64,000 nucleotides of DNA, taken from the NCBI RefSeq assembly GCF_008831285.2, contig NC_045138.2, positions 10,478,001-10,542,000 of the forward strand. Reading direction: 5' to 3'. Source of the stretch: Nymphaea colorata. Its lineage: Eukaryota. Below are positions 1 through 13,048 of this stretch, one piece after another. The position numbers were made by a program, and so were the translations under genes. Below the pieces are notes generated by a model. It searched no databases. It was not told the DNA's origin and saw only the letters and a program-made list of their open reading frames with translations. Numbering within the stretch: the stretch's first letter is position 1; each line of letters opens with the position of its first letter.

Positions 1-2579
1 GAAATCCACCCCTTATTGGTCCAAAAAAGACAAAAAAACCACCCCTTGGGGGTGGTTTTGAGTCTTATGGGTGGGCAATAGCCTTACCTACACCCCAAAG
101 AGGCGTTTGCAAGGCTAAGGGCTAATCCCACTTGGTCAAAACCTATTTAAAAATAAATAAATTAAATTACTCAAAAGTAATTGAAATTAGAATGAAAATA
201 TTGTTAAATTAAAAAAAAATCAAATATAGAGTTTTGGCTCCAAATATCCTTATAAAGACCCCCACAATCTTCTCGCTTGGACATGAGCTAACTCTTGGAA
301 AATCTCTAGTGCTTTCCTACTTGAAGAACTAAGAATATTCCCTAGCTCTCTCTCCATTTCTCTCCACTCATCTTCTTCTTCTTCTCCAACCTTGGGAGTA
401 AGCTTCTCCAACTTCCCACTCTTCAAATGAGTACGAGGAGACCTCTTGGAGGAACATCTTCATCACCTTGGAGCTTTGCCTGAGAAAACCATAGGATCAT
501 TTGAAGAAGGAGACTCATTTCTAAATCATTTTCATTAGAAGTGTGTAGTCCTCTCATTTTTATTTATTTTTGTTTCTCTTTGCCACCTCCCTATGACTGT
601 ACAAGAGAGTTTTAAAGATTTTCTATCGGGATTCAAGAGCTACTCTTGAATGCATCGGGGGTATGAGCAAGGCAAAATAAATTATATTTCTTCATTTATT
701 TTTGAAATATGCTTCTTACATTTTTTTGTTCATCATTCATGTTTGAGATTATGTTCATGCATGGTAGACTAATTTTTTCTTAATTTACATGCAAATGAAA
801 AGTAAGAATGAGTATTTGAGTTGGGAATTCTTCATTATTATATTGATTTTGAGATTGAGATTTGTTTAACCCGGGAAAGCCCTTCATGAATGTATACATG
901 TTAAAATGCATCTTCATAACATTCTCACGTTTAGCTTTTCTCTTAATCACATGATTAGGGATTCCAATGAGTATTTTCTTACGTTGCTCTCCATTTCGTG
1001 TGTGTTTGTTTTCCTTTCATATGTAATGGTGGGAGAAATGAATTTCCTTGTAATAGATGAAATGATTATGGTTTTATGCTCACGTATAAATTTTCAGAAT
1101 CATGTTTTCAAAAGAATTTCAAAATTGAGAACTCTCTTCAATGAGCCTTGGAGACTTAGCCTAGGCTCTTTAAGCCCAAGTTTCTCTCCAGCCTACATAG
1201 AAAAATCAAAGTCGGATATTTTTCAAGTTATTTCTTGATTTCAATTTTTGCAATGGCATATGTGTATATGCATGTTATATATGTATACATGCACATAATT
1301 ATCTCTTTTTGTTCTTTTCTCTTTATGATTTAACATATATTTTTACAAATTTTCATATACATATACATATAAATGAATATATATGTGTGTTCTAGTTTCT
1401 ATCTCTTGAACCTTTTATCTCACTCTTTAAGTTAAGGTCCTCTTTTACAAATTTTCATATATATATACATTGTTTTTCTTCTCTATCCCTCCCTCTCTAA
1501 AAAAACTTAGTATTTTCTCTCTAAAATCTTATTCTCTCTCTCTAAAATCTTTTCTTTCTCTAAAATCTCTCTTTCTTCCTCCCTTTCTCAAATCTCCTTC
1601 TCCCTCTCCATTCGAGTTAGTACTTTCCTTTCACGAACGTTCATATACGTATGTATATGCATATATATGTATAAATAAGTATATGTTGTATATGTATATA
1701 TATTCCTCTATCTCCTTAAAACTTTTTCTTTCGAGATTTTGAAAATCTCTTTCTCTTTCATTTTCTCCCTATTGGATTAAAATTTTTTCTTTCCATTCTT
1801 TCAAGTATTCCTCTCCCAAGAACTAAGACTTCAACTTTTCATTTATCGACTTTGCCAAGGCTGAAACTCAACTAATAATTCATTATTGGATTTATGTTTG
1901 ATGGTCTACAACATCATTCCATTTTTTAAAATTTTTTCTCTTCATAAAAATATTTACAACAATTATACAAATAAAAGTAGGAAACTTAGATGTATGTAAT
2001 GGTAGGAATGTTTTTAAATGAATGATATGGTAAGAATGAATAATTTGCTTCCAATCATATAAAATTAATGATTTCATGCATTTACATTCGCTTGCACAAT
2101 TTAGAAAAGATCACAAAGCACATCTTTAAAAGAAGTTTAACAAGATGTGATTGAGCTTTAGCTAGGTAGTGATCAAATGCAAAATCTTAAACCTACTTAA
2201 ATTATTAAGAGAATACTAAATCGACTTTAGAAAGTGATCTTCAAAGGTTTCCAAATAATATTTTTAAAGATTTTCCAATTCAAAATCTCTCAAATCAAAA
2301 TGGTTTATATTCTCAAAAGATTCTTCAAAATTTTTTCAAAAATTTAAAACATCAGATCTTCAACATTTTCTCAAAACCACACCTCATTTAGATGAAAAAG
2401 ATGTTTAAGCAAAAACGAAATGCATCAAGAATAATCATAGCCCTTGAATTGGTTACCCCTGATAAAAGTGCTGAGAATGGTTAGTCCTCGTACCGACGAG
2501 CGAGTCTCTTTCTCATTTCAAAATAAAACCTTATTTTTCTGAAGCACTCGAAAAACTAAAAATTTTGGGGATGAAAACA
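1..2579 (+). repeat. 5' LTR of element 1 (left-truncated by window)
   Basis: Colinear with 11470-14340. Ends TTTTGGGGATGAAAACA just before the PBS. TATA-like TATAAA at ~251. Confidence 0.88.
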
Positions 2580-2581
2580 TA

Positions 2582-2599
2582 TGATGACCATGATGGGAC
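2582..2599 (+). promoter_or_regulatory. Primer-binding site, degenerate tRNA-Arg type
   Basis: TGATGACCATGATGGGAC 2 nt after the LTR. The element 2 copy reads TGACGACCATAATGGGAC. Both derive by transitions from a TGGCGACCAC(A/G)GTGGGA-like Arg PBS, as expected for Ogre elements. Confidence 0.7.
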
Positions 2600-3388
2600 C
2601 CATCATCATTTGGTTATGATTTCCATTAATACATTTCCATTAACTTGAACATCTCTCATATTGCCAATGTTAAAGCATGTCCATTTTTTGGCCTTGACCC
2701 CATCAGCATTTCATTACACAGTTTGGTTATTGTGTTTGCTTTCATGCATACAAAACTAGTTGAGGAGAATCAATCATGTTCATCTAGATCTATGATCAAA
2801 TACAACCTTCCTCAATTTAAGGCTTGATTGAAAATAATGTTTGCTTTTTTACTTATTTTAACCACCATCTTGAAAAATATTGCATTAAAGACAATCGATT
2901 TTGCATGTTTGCTTATATTTCAAAGCTTCTCCTACCTATTTGTCCTGGTCATTATGTTGTTGGGCTTGGTCTTAAGTGGTAGCACAACACTAAGTCTTAT
3001 AAAGACCACACATTGGGTGGAAAAGCCTCCTCGTTAGTACCATGAGTAGCAACTTGTGATATATTGATAGTTGTCCAAGAAGAATTAGGTATACCTTACC
3101 TTAGTTGCTTAAGGAAGAATCTATGCTAGTATTTAGCTATTTGACTAAAGTATATAAGCATAACTTGGCATTGGATTATCGTGATGCAAAGTTATCTCAA
3201 TTAGGTCCCTATACCATTTTTCCTTCAAATTCTTTCCTATGATAGAAGTATAAAGAATGTTGGATATGCACAAAACCTTATGTGGTGATTTACAACCTCA
3301 TTAGATACATCTACCACATAACGTCCTTATTAACTTTGTCGATCTTTTTCACTAATTTAATCTCTATCATTTAGAGTCTTCACTCAAG

Positions 3389-4600
3389 GTATATTATTTC
3401 CAACATGATGTCATATTCCCTTATGATCACATCCTCTTTGGAGAAGGACCCAAATGGTTTGCTTATGTTTCTCTTGAGTCTAGACCCTTGGCTCCCAAAT
3501 GGTATCGATCTTGGCATCTCACCTTCTCTCGGATGTTTCCTTCTTACTTCGAAGAATGTGTGCTAGAGACAGTGGCAGCCAGAGGAATGCAATCAGTGGA
3601 TGAGAATTTGGTGCATGCTATTACCGAGCGATGGAACCTAAGGACCTCTTCTTTTTTGTTTTTGTGAGGAGAAATGATAGTATTATTAGATGAATTTACT
3701 GAAATACTAGACCTTCCTACCCTAACTTGTAATCCAAATGACTCATTAGAGAAACAGTTCCTCATGAACTCGACTAAGGTTATTGCAAATGACCTTATAA
3801 CTCACTTTACTATATGAAAAACTTGGCCCTTAGTAGAAAACTATGAGAGTCAAAGCATCTAAAAAATCTATATGAAGAATTTGGAATCTATGTTAAGTCT
3901 TTTATCTTATCTCGAAAATCCATATGAAGAGTCAAACATTGTATAATGATTTGCACAGTAGAAGTGACCCTTTTTACCAATGAAACCAACCTCTTAGATG
4001 TTCTATCGTTCAACTTTTTTGGATATGGGGACATTGCGGGACTTGATACTTGTCAGTAGTAATGACAGTCTTGGCTTTCTTTTACCAAGGACTCACCTGC
4101 TTCACTATCAGAGACACCGACTATGTAGAAGGATGCACATATATTTTATAATTGTGGTTCCTCAAGCATGCAGGATCCCAAGCTAATTATTCAGAAACAC
4201 TAATGAAGCATTGACAGTCTTAGAACAATATCATTGTCTGATCGACCAGCTAGATGGAGAAGAGATCATTTGATATTATTATGATCGCCGTCAGAATCTA
4301 CCTAGATACACTCACCATTACCATGGTCGTACCACACTCTTAGACCCTTTCATGGTTGATTATTGTACTGATAGATGCATGAGACAATTCTCTCAGAGAT
4401 CGAAGATGGTTTATGTGCATGCACCAATTAGAGCTATTCCTGAATTCGACCTTAGGTCTTCTCAATAGGCGGCATTGTTCGTAGTAGCTTGACAAGAATG
4501 GAAGACATAGATATCATACACTTGGTTCACAAACCCAATAGTAAAGAAGAAATATACTAAGTGGTGGGATGCCAACCAACCACCATTCATCCTTCCTTAA
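3389..4600 (+). pseudogene. Ogre ORF1, plant mobile domain (PMD)-like, disrupted
   Basis: Translates FPSYFEECVLETVAARGMQSVDENLVHAITERWNLRTSSFLFL*GEMIVLLDEF, matching the PMD ERW...F...GEM motif. Ends WWDANQPPFILP*. Homologous to 31732-32848. Confidence 0.8.
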
Positions 4601-4783
4601 AAGCTTCTATTGTCAACTTTGTACTCTTTATTTTGTCTTCAATTGTTGTCATCTTTGTCAATGTTTTCTTTGGATGCAATTTTTAAACTCTTAATGCAAT
4701 GTGAATCTTCATTTTGTCATCATTTCCCTTCAATGACTCTTCATTTTTTTTATCTCATAAGGTGAATATTTGAAGCCAACCGG

Positions 4784-7467
4784 ATGGTCGAAATAAGAGC
4801 ACAAGCTAAGCAAACTCCTCAAAACGAGGCTTCATTATCTAGTCCTATGAAACACTTGGCTTCCCAACAATTAAACCAGAAGGCTACCATATGTTCTGGT
4901 TGTTTATGGAGTGATTCATGATGGAGCAAGAAGAACAAAAGGTCCTGATGGTTACTCCGAAACCAGCAACTAAAAAGTCTGTCAAACAAAAAAGAAATAA
5001 GGAAAACAACAAACCTTCTCCTACAATCTAGATTCAGACTCAACAACCAGTAAGGATGAAAAGCCTGAATTGTTTCCATTCAAAAAGAAAAATACAAAGA
5101 AAAAAAGGAAAAAAAGGAAAAGAAATCATAGAGGATAGCAACTAACCTAGCCCTATCACAAGCAAAAATTTGGAGAGGAAGCCAAAAAGGAAAGGCAAAA
5201 AGGCATAGAAGTATACCGCAAGCAGTAGCTCAGACAGTGAAAGTTCTAAAGAGAAAGTAAAAGAGATCAAGGGCAAGAAGAAAAAAACATGGTCAAGATC
5301 ACGCAAATCAAGTGATGACGAAAGTCCAACTAAACACAAGTTTTACAAAAATGGAGAAAAGAATGAGTAACCTTGAACTTATGGGGAAAGGAAAACGCTC
5401 ATACTCATGCAAGGATTACTACCTAGGCATTGAAGAAGATGAAAATATGAAGGGTTTGCCCAAGGAGTTCATCAAATATGATGGAACCATCTGCCCACAC
5501 GTTCATCTTTCGACATTCATCAATGACTGCTACAAGATCTAGGCGAATAACAAAACATTATTTCACTACTTTCCAAGGAGTCTTGAAAGCATTGACCCAA
5601 TTAAACTTAAGGAATTTGATAGATTGGTTAACATGTTCGTCAAGAGAATTGAACATAATGTTTCCATGGCTCCAACCCTCAGTATCCTTTGTAGTATCTG
5701 TCAAAAACAAAGAGAAAATGTTCGAGAATTTATCCAAAAATAGAGAATTCAATGCAACAAGATGAAGGAACATATCTCTAAAACACAAGCTCTGTCACTT
5801 ATCAGGAAAAAACTCGTCCAACCCTTGAAAAGTCTCATCTACAATGCTCCAATCAAGACCTTTGCCGAGTTGATCGAATAAGCAGATTCAATAGAAGAAA
5901 GAATTGAAGAATGTGATTTTGATAGAATCATTGCGCCCAAGCATAAAGAAGATAGTAAGAAAGGAGGGAGGACACAGTTACCCGCATATTTCATAGCAAA
6001 TGCAGCAGCAACAGTTATAAACATGACAAATAGATAAATCACAAGAACACACAACTGCCCAAAGGAAACAAAGAATGAATAAACACTCTGGCTGGAGTTA
6101 TGATTGGAAGTTTACTCCTCTTAGTCAATCTCGTGAGAAAATCTTAAAACACCTCCTCACCAAAAGAACTATCGTCTTGCCAAAAATTTTAGAATCTCCG
6201 AAAATGATGGCAAGTGATAAAGAAAAATTGTATAAGTTTCATCTTGCCTCTGGTCATAACACTGAGGATTGTTCTGTCTTCAAAAACATTATTCAAGTTT
6301 TCGTTAACAAAGATCTCAAGGTTGATGATGATAATATCCATGAGGTATTGAAGAATGCATTCCCTGATCACGGAAAGGCGACAGTCGCCACAATGACCAC
6401 CGCCACTCCACTCCCATATCACCCGTAGGTGCACATCCGACCTTGTGTTGGAAAAAATTCACACCAAGTTATGGTGACTAATCAAGGTAAAAAACCTTTA
6501 GATTTTATTAGTATGATAAATAGCAAGACAGAAGGTTCATCTAAAAAATCTACCATAATTCCAAAGACTTTTCTGTTACGAGGCGGCAATCAGATGACTT
6601 CTCAAACGAGGATCCATGTTACTTAGATGATGTCATTCCTTTAGAAGAACATCTTATTTATGAAGGCTGGATTCGAGCCTCCAAGAACCAGTCAATCACT
6701 TTTACAAAAAAAGATATTTTAAACTAGGGATATTACCATGAAGTATATATTTATACATCATCGTCCAAGTGAATAAGATGATTGTGCCACATGTATTGAT
6801 CGACAGAGGAAGTAGCTTAAATATTTGTCCTAATCTCACAGCCAAAGATTTAGGTTTTCGTGAAGACAAATATCACCCCAATGATACCAACATCTATGGA
6901 TGTGATGGCCGAAGCATGAATAGCAAAGAGACACTCACCATGGATGTGATCATCAAATGGACCACTCATTGCATTTTATTCCATGTGGTGGATGTATCTC
7001 CATCATATAACTTGTTGCTGAGACGGCCTTAGACCTATGAAGTACCAGGTATCCCATCTACTCTTCACCAATGCCTCAAGTGGAATTTTGGCCCATCTGT
7101 CATCACCGTACACGCATAGGACCTGGTCAAGAGGTTGGTACAGCCAATGCTCCATAGACCAATTGATTCGGTGGGCGTACTCAACATAAGAATAACAAAT
7201 GAAGCACCTAAGGAAGAGTGGATGCAGAGCATGGAGGCAAGCAAATCATCTGAAAGTGCCTATACCATCTCAAGAAGTTGTCTAAGTTATCAAAAACATC
7301 CTTTGTATGCTCATTTTGTGAGAAACCCTAAGGAATTACAGTTACTTTTGAAAGGTGGATACCATCCATTCACTGGACTAAAAAAAATGAAAATGACAAT
7401 CTTACAGCCAATCATTATTCCCTTTCAGATGAACACTAGAGGATTGGGATACGTTGAAGAAGTTTGA
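4784..7467 (+). pseudogene. gag - aspartic protease - G-patch region of element 1
   Basis: MVEIRAQ start, gag KYDGTICPHVHL, degenerate zinc knuckle KFHLASGHNTEDC, protease VLIDRGSSLNICP, G-patch-like LLKGGY...GL...QPI...RGLGY, then stop. Confidence 0.85.
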
Positions 7468-7729
7468 AGAAGATCTTGTTGGCTGATAGTATTCGCCTTT
7501 CCTTTCAAATCCTTTTATGAATTTTGTGATCTTAACTTGTACTTATATAGTTCCCTGAGAGGACTCCTTCGATGAACTAAGAACTTTCTATATGCAATGC
7601 AAGTAATCTTTCGTTGTGATTATCAATTTTAATTTTGTTTAATTTTCCTTTATCCTCTTCTTTATAGAATGTCGAAACTCAACATGTCTTAGTTCCTACT
7701 TTTTCCTCGAAAGTGCCTCCAGAAAGCAT

Positions 7730-10700
7730 TTATCTAACAAGCAGTCGATGAAATAAAACCTATGACAATACTTGAGTCATAATTATTGGAATTCACTCAG
7801 ATTAAAAAACAAGAGTATCTCTCGCCCTTAGTTAACAATCCAATTGAAGAAATTAACATTGGAACCAATGAGAGTCCTAAAACCCTTCAAATTGGCACTA
7901 GATTGTCAGTATAAGAGAAGAAAAAATTAGTAAACTTTCTTATAAACCACCAAGAAATTTTAGCATGGACCTATTTAGATATGCTGGCTTAGACCCCCAG
8001 CTGGTTGTGCATCGTTTGCTCCTAAGTCCCAGTTGCAAGTCAGTTAAGCAAAAATTGTGCAAGCTTGATCATCGACTAGAAGGGTCCATAAAAGAAGTAT
8101 TAGATGATCTACTAAAAGCAAAATTTATTCGTGCCATCGATTACACCGAATGGTTGTGCAAGAAAAATACCAAAGTTCGCTTATGCATTAACTTTCGAGA
8201 CCAGAATAAAATCACACCAAAAGATGATTACCCTCTTCCAAACATTGATTTATTGGTAGACAGTACTGCAAGCCATGTCATGTTCTTTTTTATGGATGGA
8301 TATTCAAAATACAACCAAATCAAATTGACAGTCAAAGATCAGCCCAAGACCGCTTTTACCACACCCTAAGGTACTTTCTGTTACACGGTAATGCCATTTG
8401 GGTTGAAAAATGATGGGGCAACTTATCAAAGAGTCATGGCCGCTATCTTCCATGACTAAATGCACAAAATTGTAGATGCATGTATCGATGACACATTAAT
8501 TAAATCTAAGGCAAGAAATAATCATATTGAAACCCTTGTCCATGTGTTTGAGAGTCTTACAGTACAAGCTTTGTTTGAATCCCCAAAAATGTGTGTTTGG
8601 GGTTGAATAGAGTAAACTTTTGGGTCTCATGGTCAGTAAGATGGAGATTGAGACGGATCTTACAAAAGCTAAAGCTATCATCGATATGTCATCACCTACC
8701 AATATCAAGAAACTATGAAGTTTTTAAGGGCGAATCCAGTTCATCAAATGATTCATCTCCGATTCAGCCATGAGATGCAAACCATTCAACCAGTTGCTAA
8801 GGAAAAACATCAAATTTGAATTGGATTTTGAGTGCCAACAGTCATTTGAAAGGAACAAGAAATACATCCTAAATCTACCAATCTTAAAACCCTCGGTGTT
8901 GGGTAAACCATTGCTATTTTACATCATAGTTGTTGAGTCAGCATTTGGTAATTTTTTGGTACAATAAGAGGAAAGAAGTCGCATCGAGCATTCAATATAT
9001 TACGTCAGCGAAACTTTAGTTCAATATGAAAAGAAGTATTCTCCAATAGAAAAAACTTGCCTAGCATTAGTTTGGATGTACGAGAAGCTATGTATGAGAA
9101 GCTGAGACATTATTTATTAATTTGTGAGATCAAAATACTCTTCAAATTAAATCCTCTTAAATATATCTTGGATGAGTCATTCCTTAATGGACGCATCTCA
9201 GGTGGCATGTTTTGCTGATGTAATATGATCTTGAATACATATCCTAAAAGTCAATCAACTTATCATCAATCAAGTGAATGGAGGGCAATACGCCTTGGTA
9301 TCATGATATCAAAAGTTGTTTTGCTGATGTAATATGATCTTGAATACATATCCTTTTGTGAGATCAAAATACTCTCCAGACTTTCCCTAGTATAAAAAAA
9401 TCAGAATAGATGATGAGTTTTTTGATGAACATGTGCTAAGATTAGAAATGGTCCCAATATAAAAGATGTTCTTAGACGGATCTAAAAATATGATGAGAGC
9501 AAGTATAGACATTTTGCTTATCATTTTGAAAGATGAAATGATCTCATACTTTTTGAAACTCGACTTTCCATGTACCCATGACATGGCTGAGTATGAAGCT
9601 TCATACAAGGACTTCGTTTTTTACTGAGTTTTTAAATAAAGAAGGTGCATGCATTCAGTGACTCTCAACTTATCATCAATCAAGTGAATAGAGAATGTTA
9701 GGTAAAAAATGAAAAGTTGGTGCGATATCAAGAGATCACCACCTCCTTGATCTGTCAGTAGAAGTATATGTGGCTTACATAAAAAGAGAAGGCAACCCTA
9801 TTGTAGATGGCCTCGCGAGTTTTGAATCCACTATCTCCTTTCAAACCAACGAAACAATCCGCTCTTTTGAGAATGAAAAGTTAGAACATCCCGTTTTTGA
9901 AACAGATAATCATGTTCATCATATCCAGGAGGGCAATACGCCTTGGTATCATGATATCAAAAGTTATATTGAGAGCAGAGAATTTTCGACTAGAATGCCT
10001 AAAAAAACAAAAAACAATTCAATGTATGTCAGCAATGTACTTTATTCTTGTAGGAGTACTATACAAACGTGGATTTAGTACTGAATACTCTTGGTGGCTT
10101 AATGAAGATGAGACAAAAGAAGGCATTGAAGAGTCACATTGAGGAGACTGTGAGGGCCATGTTGGTTACCAAACCCTCACCAAGAAAATAGTCTGAACAA
10201 GATATTATTGACCTACTATGCAAAAAAAATTATTACCAATTGTCAAAAGATGTAAAGAATGTCAACTATATGCTCTAATAATCCAAGCACCTGCCTCTCA
10301 CTTGCATTCTATAATATCTCCTTGGTCATTTTTAATGTAGGTATTTGACGTAGTCGGACCAATATCTCCTATAGCTTCTAACAACCATAAGTGTTTTCTT
10401 ATTGTAATAAACTATTTTACCAAATGGGTAGAAGTCGTCACACTCAGGACAGTAGAAGGGCATCAAGTAGTATCATTCATTCACAAGAATCTTCTTTGTA
10501 GATTTGGAGTCACACATGGTATAGTATCTGATAACGTGACTCATTTCAAAAATGAAAATGAGGCAGTTATGCAGCAAATGCCGTGTCATGATGGGCAAAC
10601 AGAGGCCACCAATAAGATCATGATCAGTATCATGAAGCGGAAAGTGGAAACTAGAAGTGACTGGCACGAAAAGATGCACAATGCCTTGTGGGCATATCGC

Positions 10701-11153
10701 ACCACTATGAAAACTTCAACAAATGCTACCCCAATGGAGTTAGTCGACAGAACAAAAGTGATTCTGCCATTACATGTATTAAAACCTGCTTTGAAGTTTG
10801 TTTATCTTATAGAGCTTCCTCTAAATCAATACCAGTAGAAGAGACTAATGCAGCTCGATTTGTTTGATGAAAAGAAGCTAAAAGCAGCTAAGCACAATGA
10901 AACCTATCACCAAAGGATGGCTAGACAATTTATGAAATCAGTTATTGAAAGACTTTTCAAGGTGAATGACTTGGTCCTACAATATGTGGTATATCTCAGC
11001 TGACGACTACGTAGTAAGTGGGCACCAAACTGGGAAGGCCCATACGTTATTAAGGAAGCCTAGCCCCGTAACTCATACTGGTTGATTGATATTGATGGGG
11101 TAGAACTTAATGATCATGTTAACGCTCTTCACCTGAAGGAAGTCTACACTTAG
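7730..11153 (+). pseudogene. RT - RNase H - archaeal-type RNase H - integrase of element 1
   Basis: RT motifs RLCINFRD, PKDDYPLPNID, FMDGYSKYNQI and CIDD. aRH FLDGS...FPCTHDMAEYEA. Integrase GQTEATNK, ALWAYRTT and WEGPYVI. No chromodomain. Confidence 0.9.
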
Positions 11154-11302
11154 TCCTCTTGTATTCACCTTTCAATCAATGACAAATACTTGTGTTCTCC
11201 ACAATTGATCTGTTATCCATTTGTATTTTCCTCAGTTGTAAAACGTAACAATTATGCTAGGCATTTTTTTATTATTATCACTCAAAACTCAAGAGCAACC
11301 CG

Positions 11303-11406
11303 TGCAAATAAAGGGTTAAACCTGCAATGCAAAACAACCTACTCATGTAAGGGGTCAAACCTCAACTCAATCTTGCCCCAACCCGTACATGCAAAGGGTT
11401 TACCTT
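11303..11406 (+). repeat. 3'-UTR short repeat array of element 1 (3 degenerate units, core CAGGTAAGGGGT(C)AAACCTG)
   Basis: Units CAAATAAAGGGTTAAACCTG, CATGTAAGGGGTCAAACCTC and CATGCAAAGGGTTTACCTT at ~40-bp spacing. Homologous to 25388-25587. Confidence 0.65.
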
Positions 11407-11409
11407 TTA

Positions 11410-12992
11410 AAATACACATTAAAAAAATATGTTTTTTTATGAATGGGAACCCTTGGAGGCCAAGAAGGTGAAATCCACCCATTATTGGTCAAAGAAAGAC
11501 AATAAGGGGCATTTTGCCCCCTCACTTGGAATTGGCGCACTGACATTGTCACGTCTAGCAGAATGCATGTGCATGGCCATCCACGGCCGCGCGCCCGTGG
11601 CTGCATCAAGTCAAGGCTTGCGCAGCACGCAGGCCCTTCTTTGGGTAACAAACCACCCCCTTGGTGGTGATTTTGGGTCTAATGGGTGGGCATTATTCCT
11701 GCCCACACCCCAAAGAGGTGTTTGCAAGGCTAAGAGCCCATCCCACTTTGTCAAAACCTTTTAAAATAAATTAAATTACTTTAAAATACTTGAAATTCGC
11801 ATGAAAATACTGTTAAATTCAAAAAAAAAATAACTTTTGAGTTTTGGCTCCAAAACTCGTTATAAATACCCACACAATCTTCTCTCTTGGGTATGAACCA
11901 ACTCTTGGGAACTCAGAATGTTTCCCAACTCTTTCTCTATTTCTCTCCTTTTATCATCTTCTTCTTCTCCAACCTTGGGAGTGAGTTTCTCCAACTTCCC
12001 ACTCTTCAACTGAGTACGATGAGACCTCTTGGAGGAACATGTTCATCACCTTAGAGCTTCGCCCAAGGAAACCCTAGGATCATCCGAAGAAGGAGACTCA
12101 TTTCTAAATTATTTCCATTAGAGATATACAGTCCTCCTCCCATTTTTATTTATTTTTGTTTCTCTTTGCCAACTCCATATGGCCATACAAGAGAGCTTTA
12201 AAGATTTTCCATCGAAAGTTGAGAGGTACTCTTAAGTGCACCGGGAGTATGAACAATGCGAAATAAATTACATTTCTTTATTTATTTCCAAAATATGCTT
12301 CTTACATTTTTTTGTTCATCATTCATGTTTGAGATATTGTTTCTTAATTCATTTCTTAATTTACATGCAAATGAATAGTAAAAATGAGCACTTGGGTTGG
12401 GATTTCTTCATTATTATGTTGACTGTGAGATTAAGAATTGTCTAACCCGGGAAAGCCCTTCATGAATGTGTACATGTTAAAACGCATCTTCATAACATTC
12501 TCAAGTTTAGCTTTTATTTTAATCACACAATTAAGGATCCCAATGAGTGTTTTCTTACGTTGTTCTCCATTTCATGTATGTTTGTTTTTCTTTTATACCC
12601 AGTGGTGAGAGAAATGGATTTCCTTGTAATAGATGAAATGATTATGATTTTATGTTCACGTATAAAATTTTTTGGAATCATGTTTTCAAAAGAAATTCGA
12701 AAGCAAGAACCCTCTTCAATGAGGCCTTTGAGACTTAGCCTACGCTCTTACATAAGCCCAAGTTCCTCCCGGCCTATATAGAAAAATCGAAGTCGGATAT
12801 TTTTCAAGTTATTTATTGATTCTAACTTTTGTAAAGGTATATGGGTATATATATGTTACATATGTATACATGCACATAATGATCTCTCTTTGTCCTTCTC
12901 TCTCTATGATTTAACGTGTTCTTTTATAAATTTTCATATATGTATACATATAAATGAATATATACATGTGTTCTAGTTTCTCTCTCTAGAAT

Positions 12993-13048
<56 letters not shown>

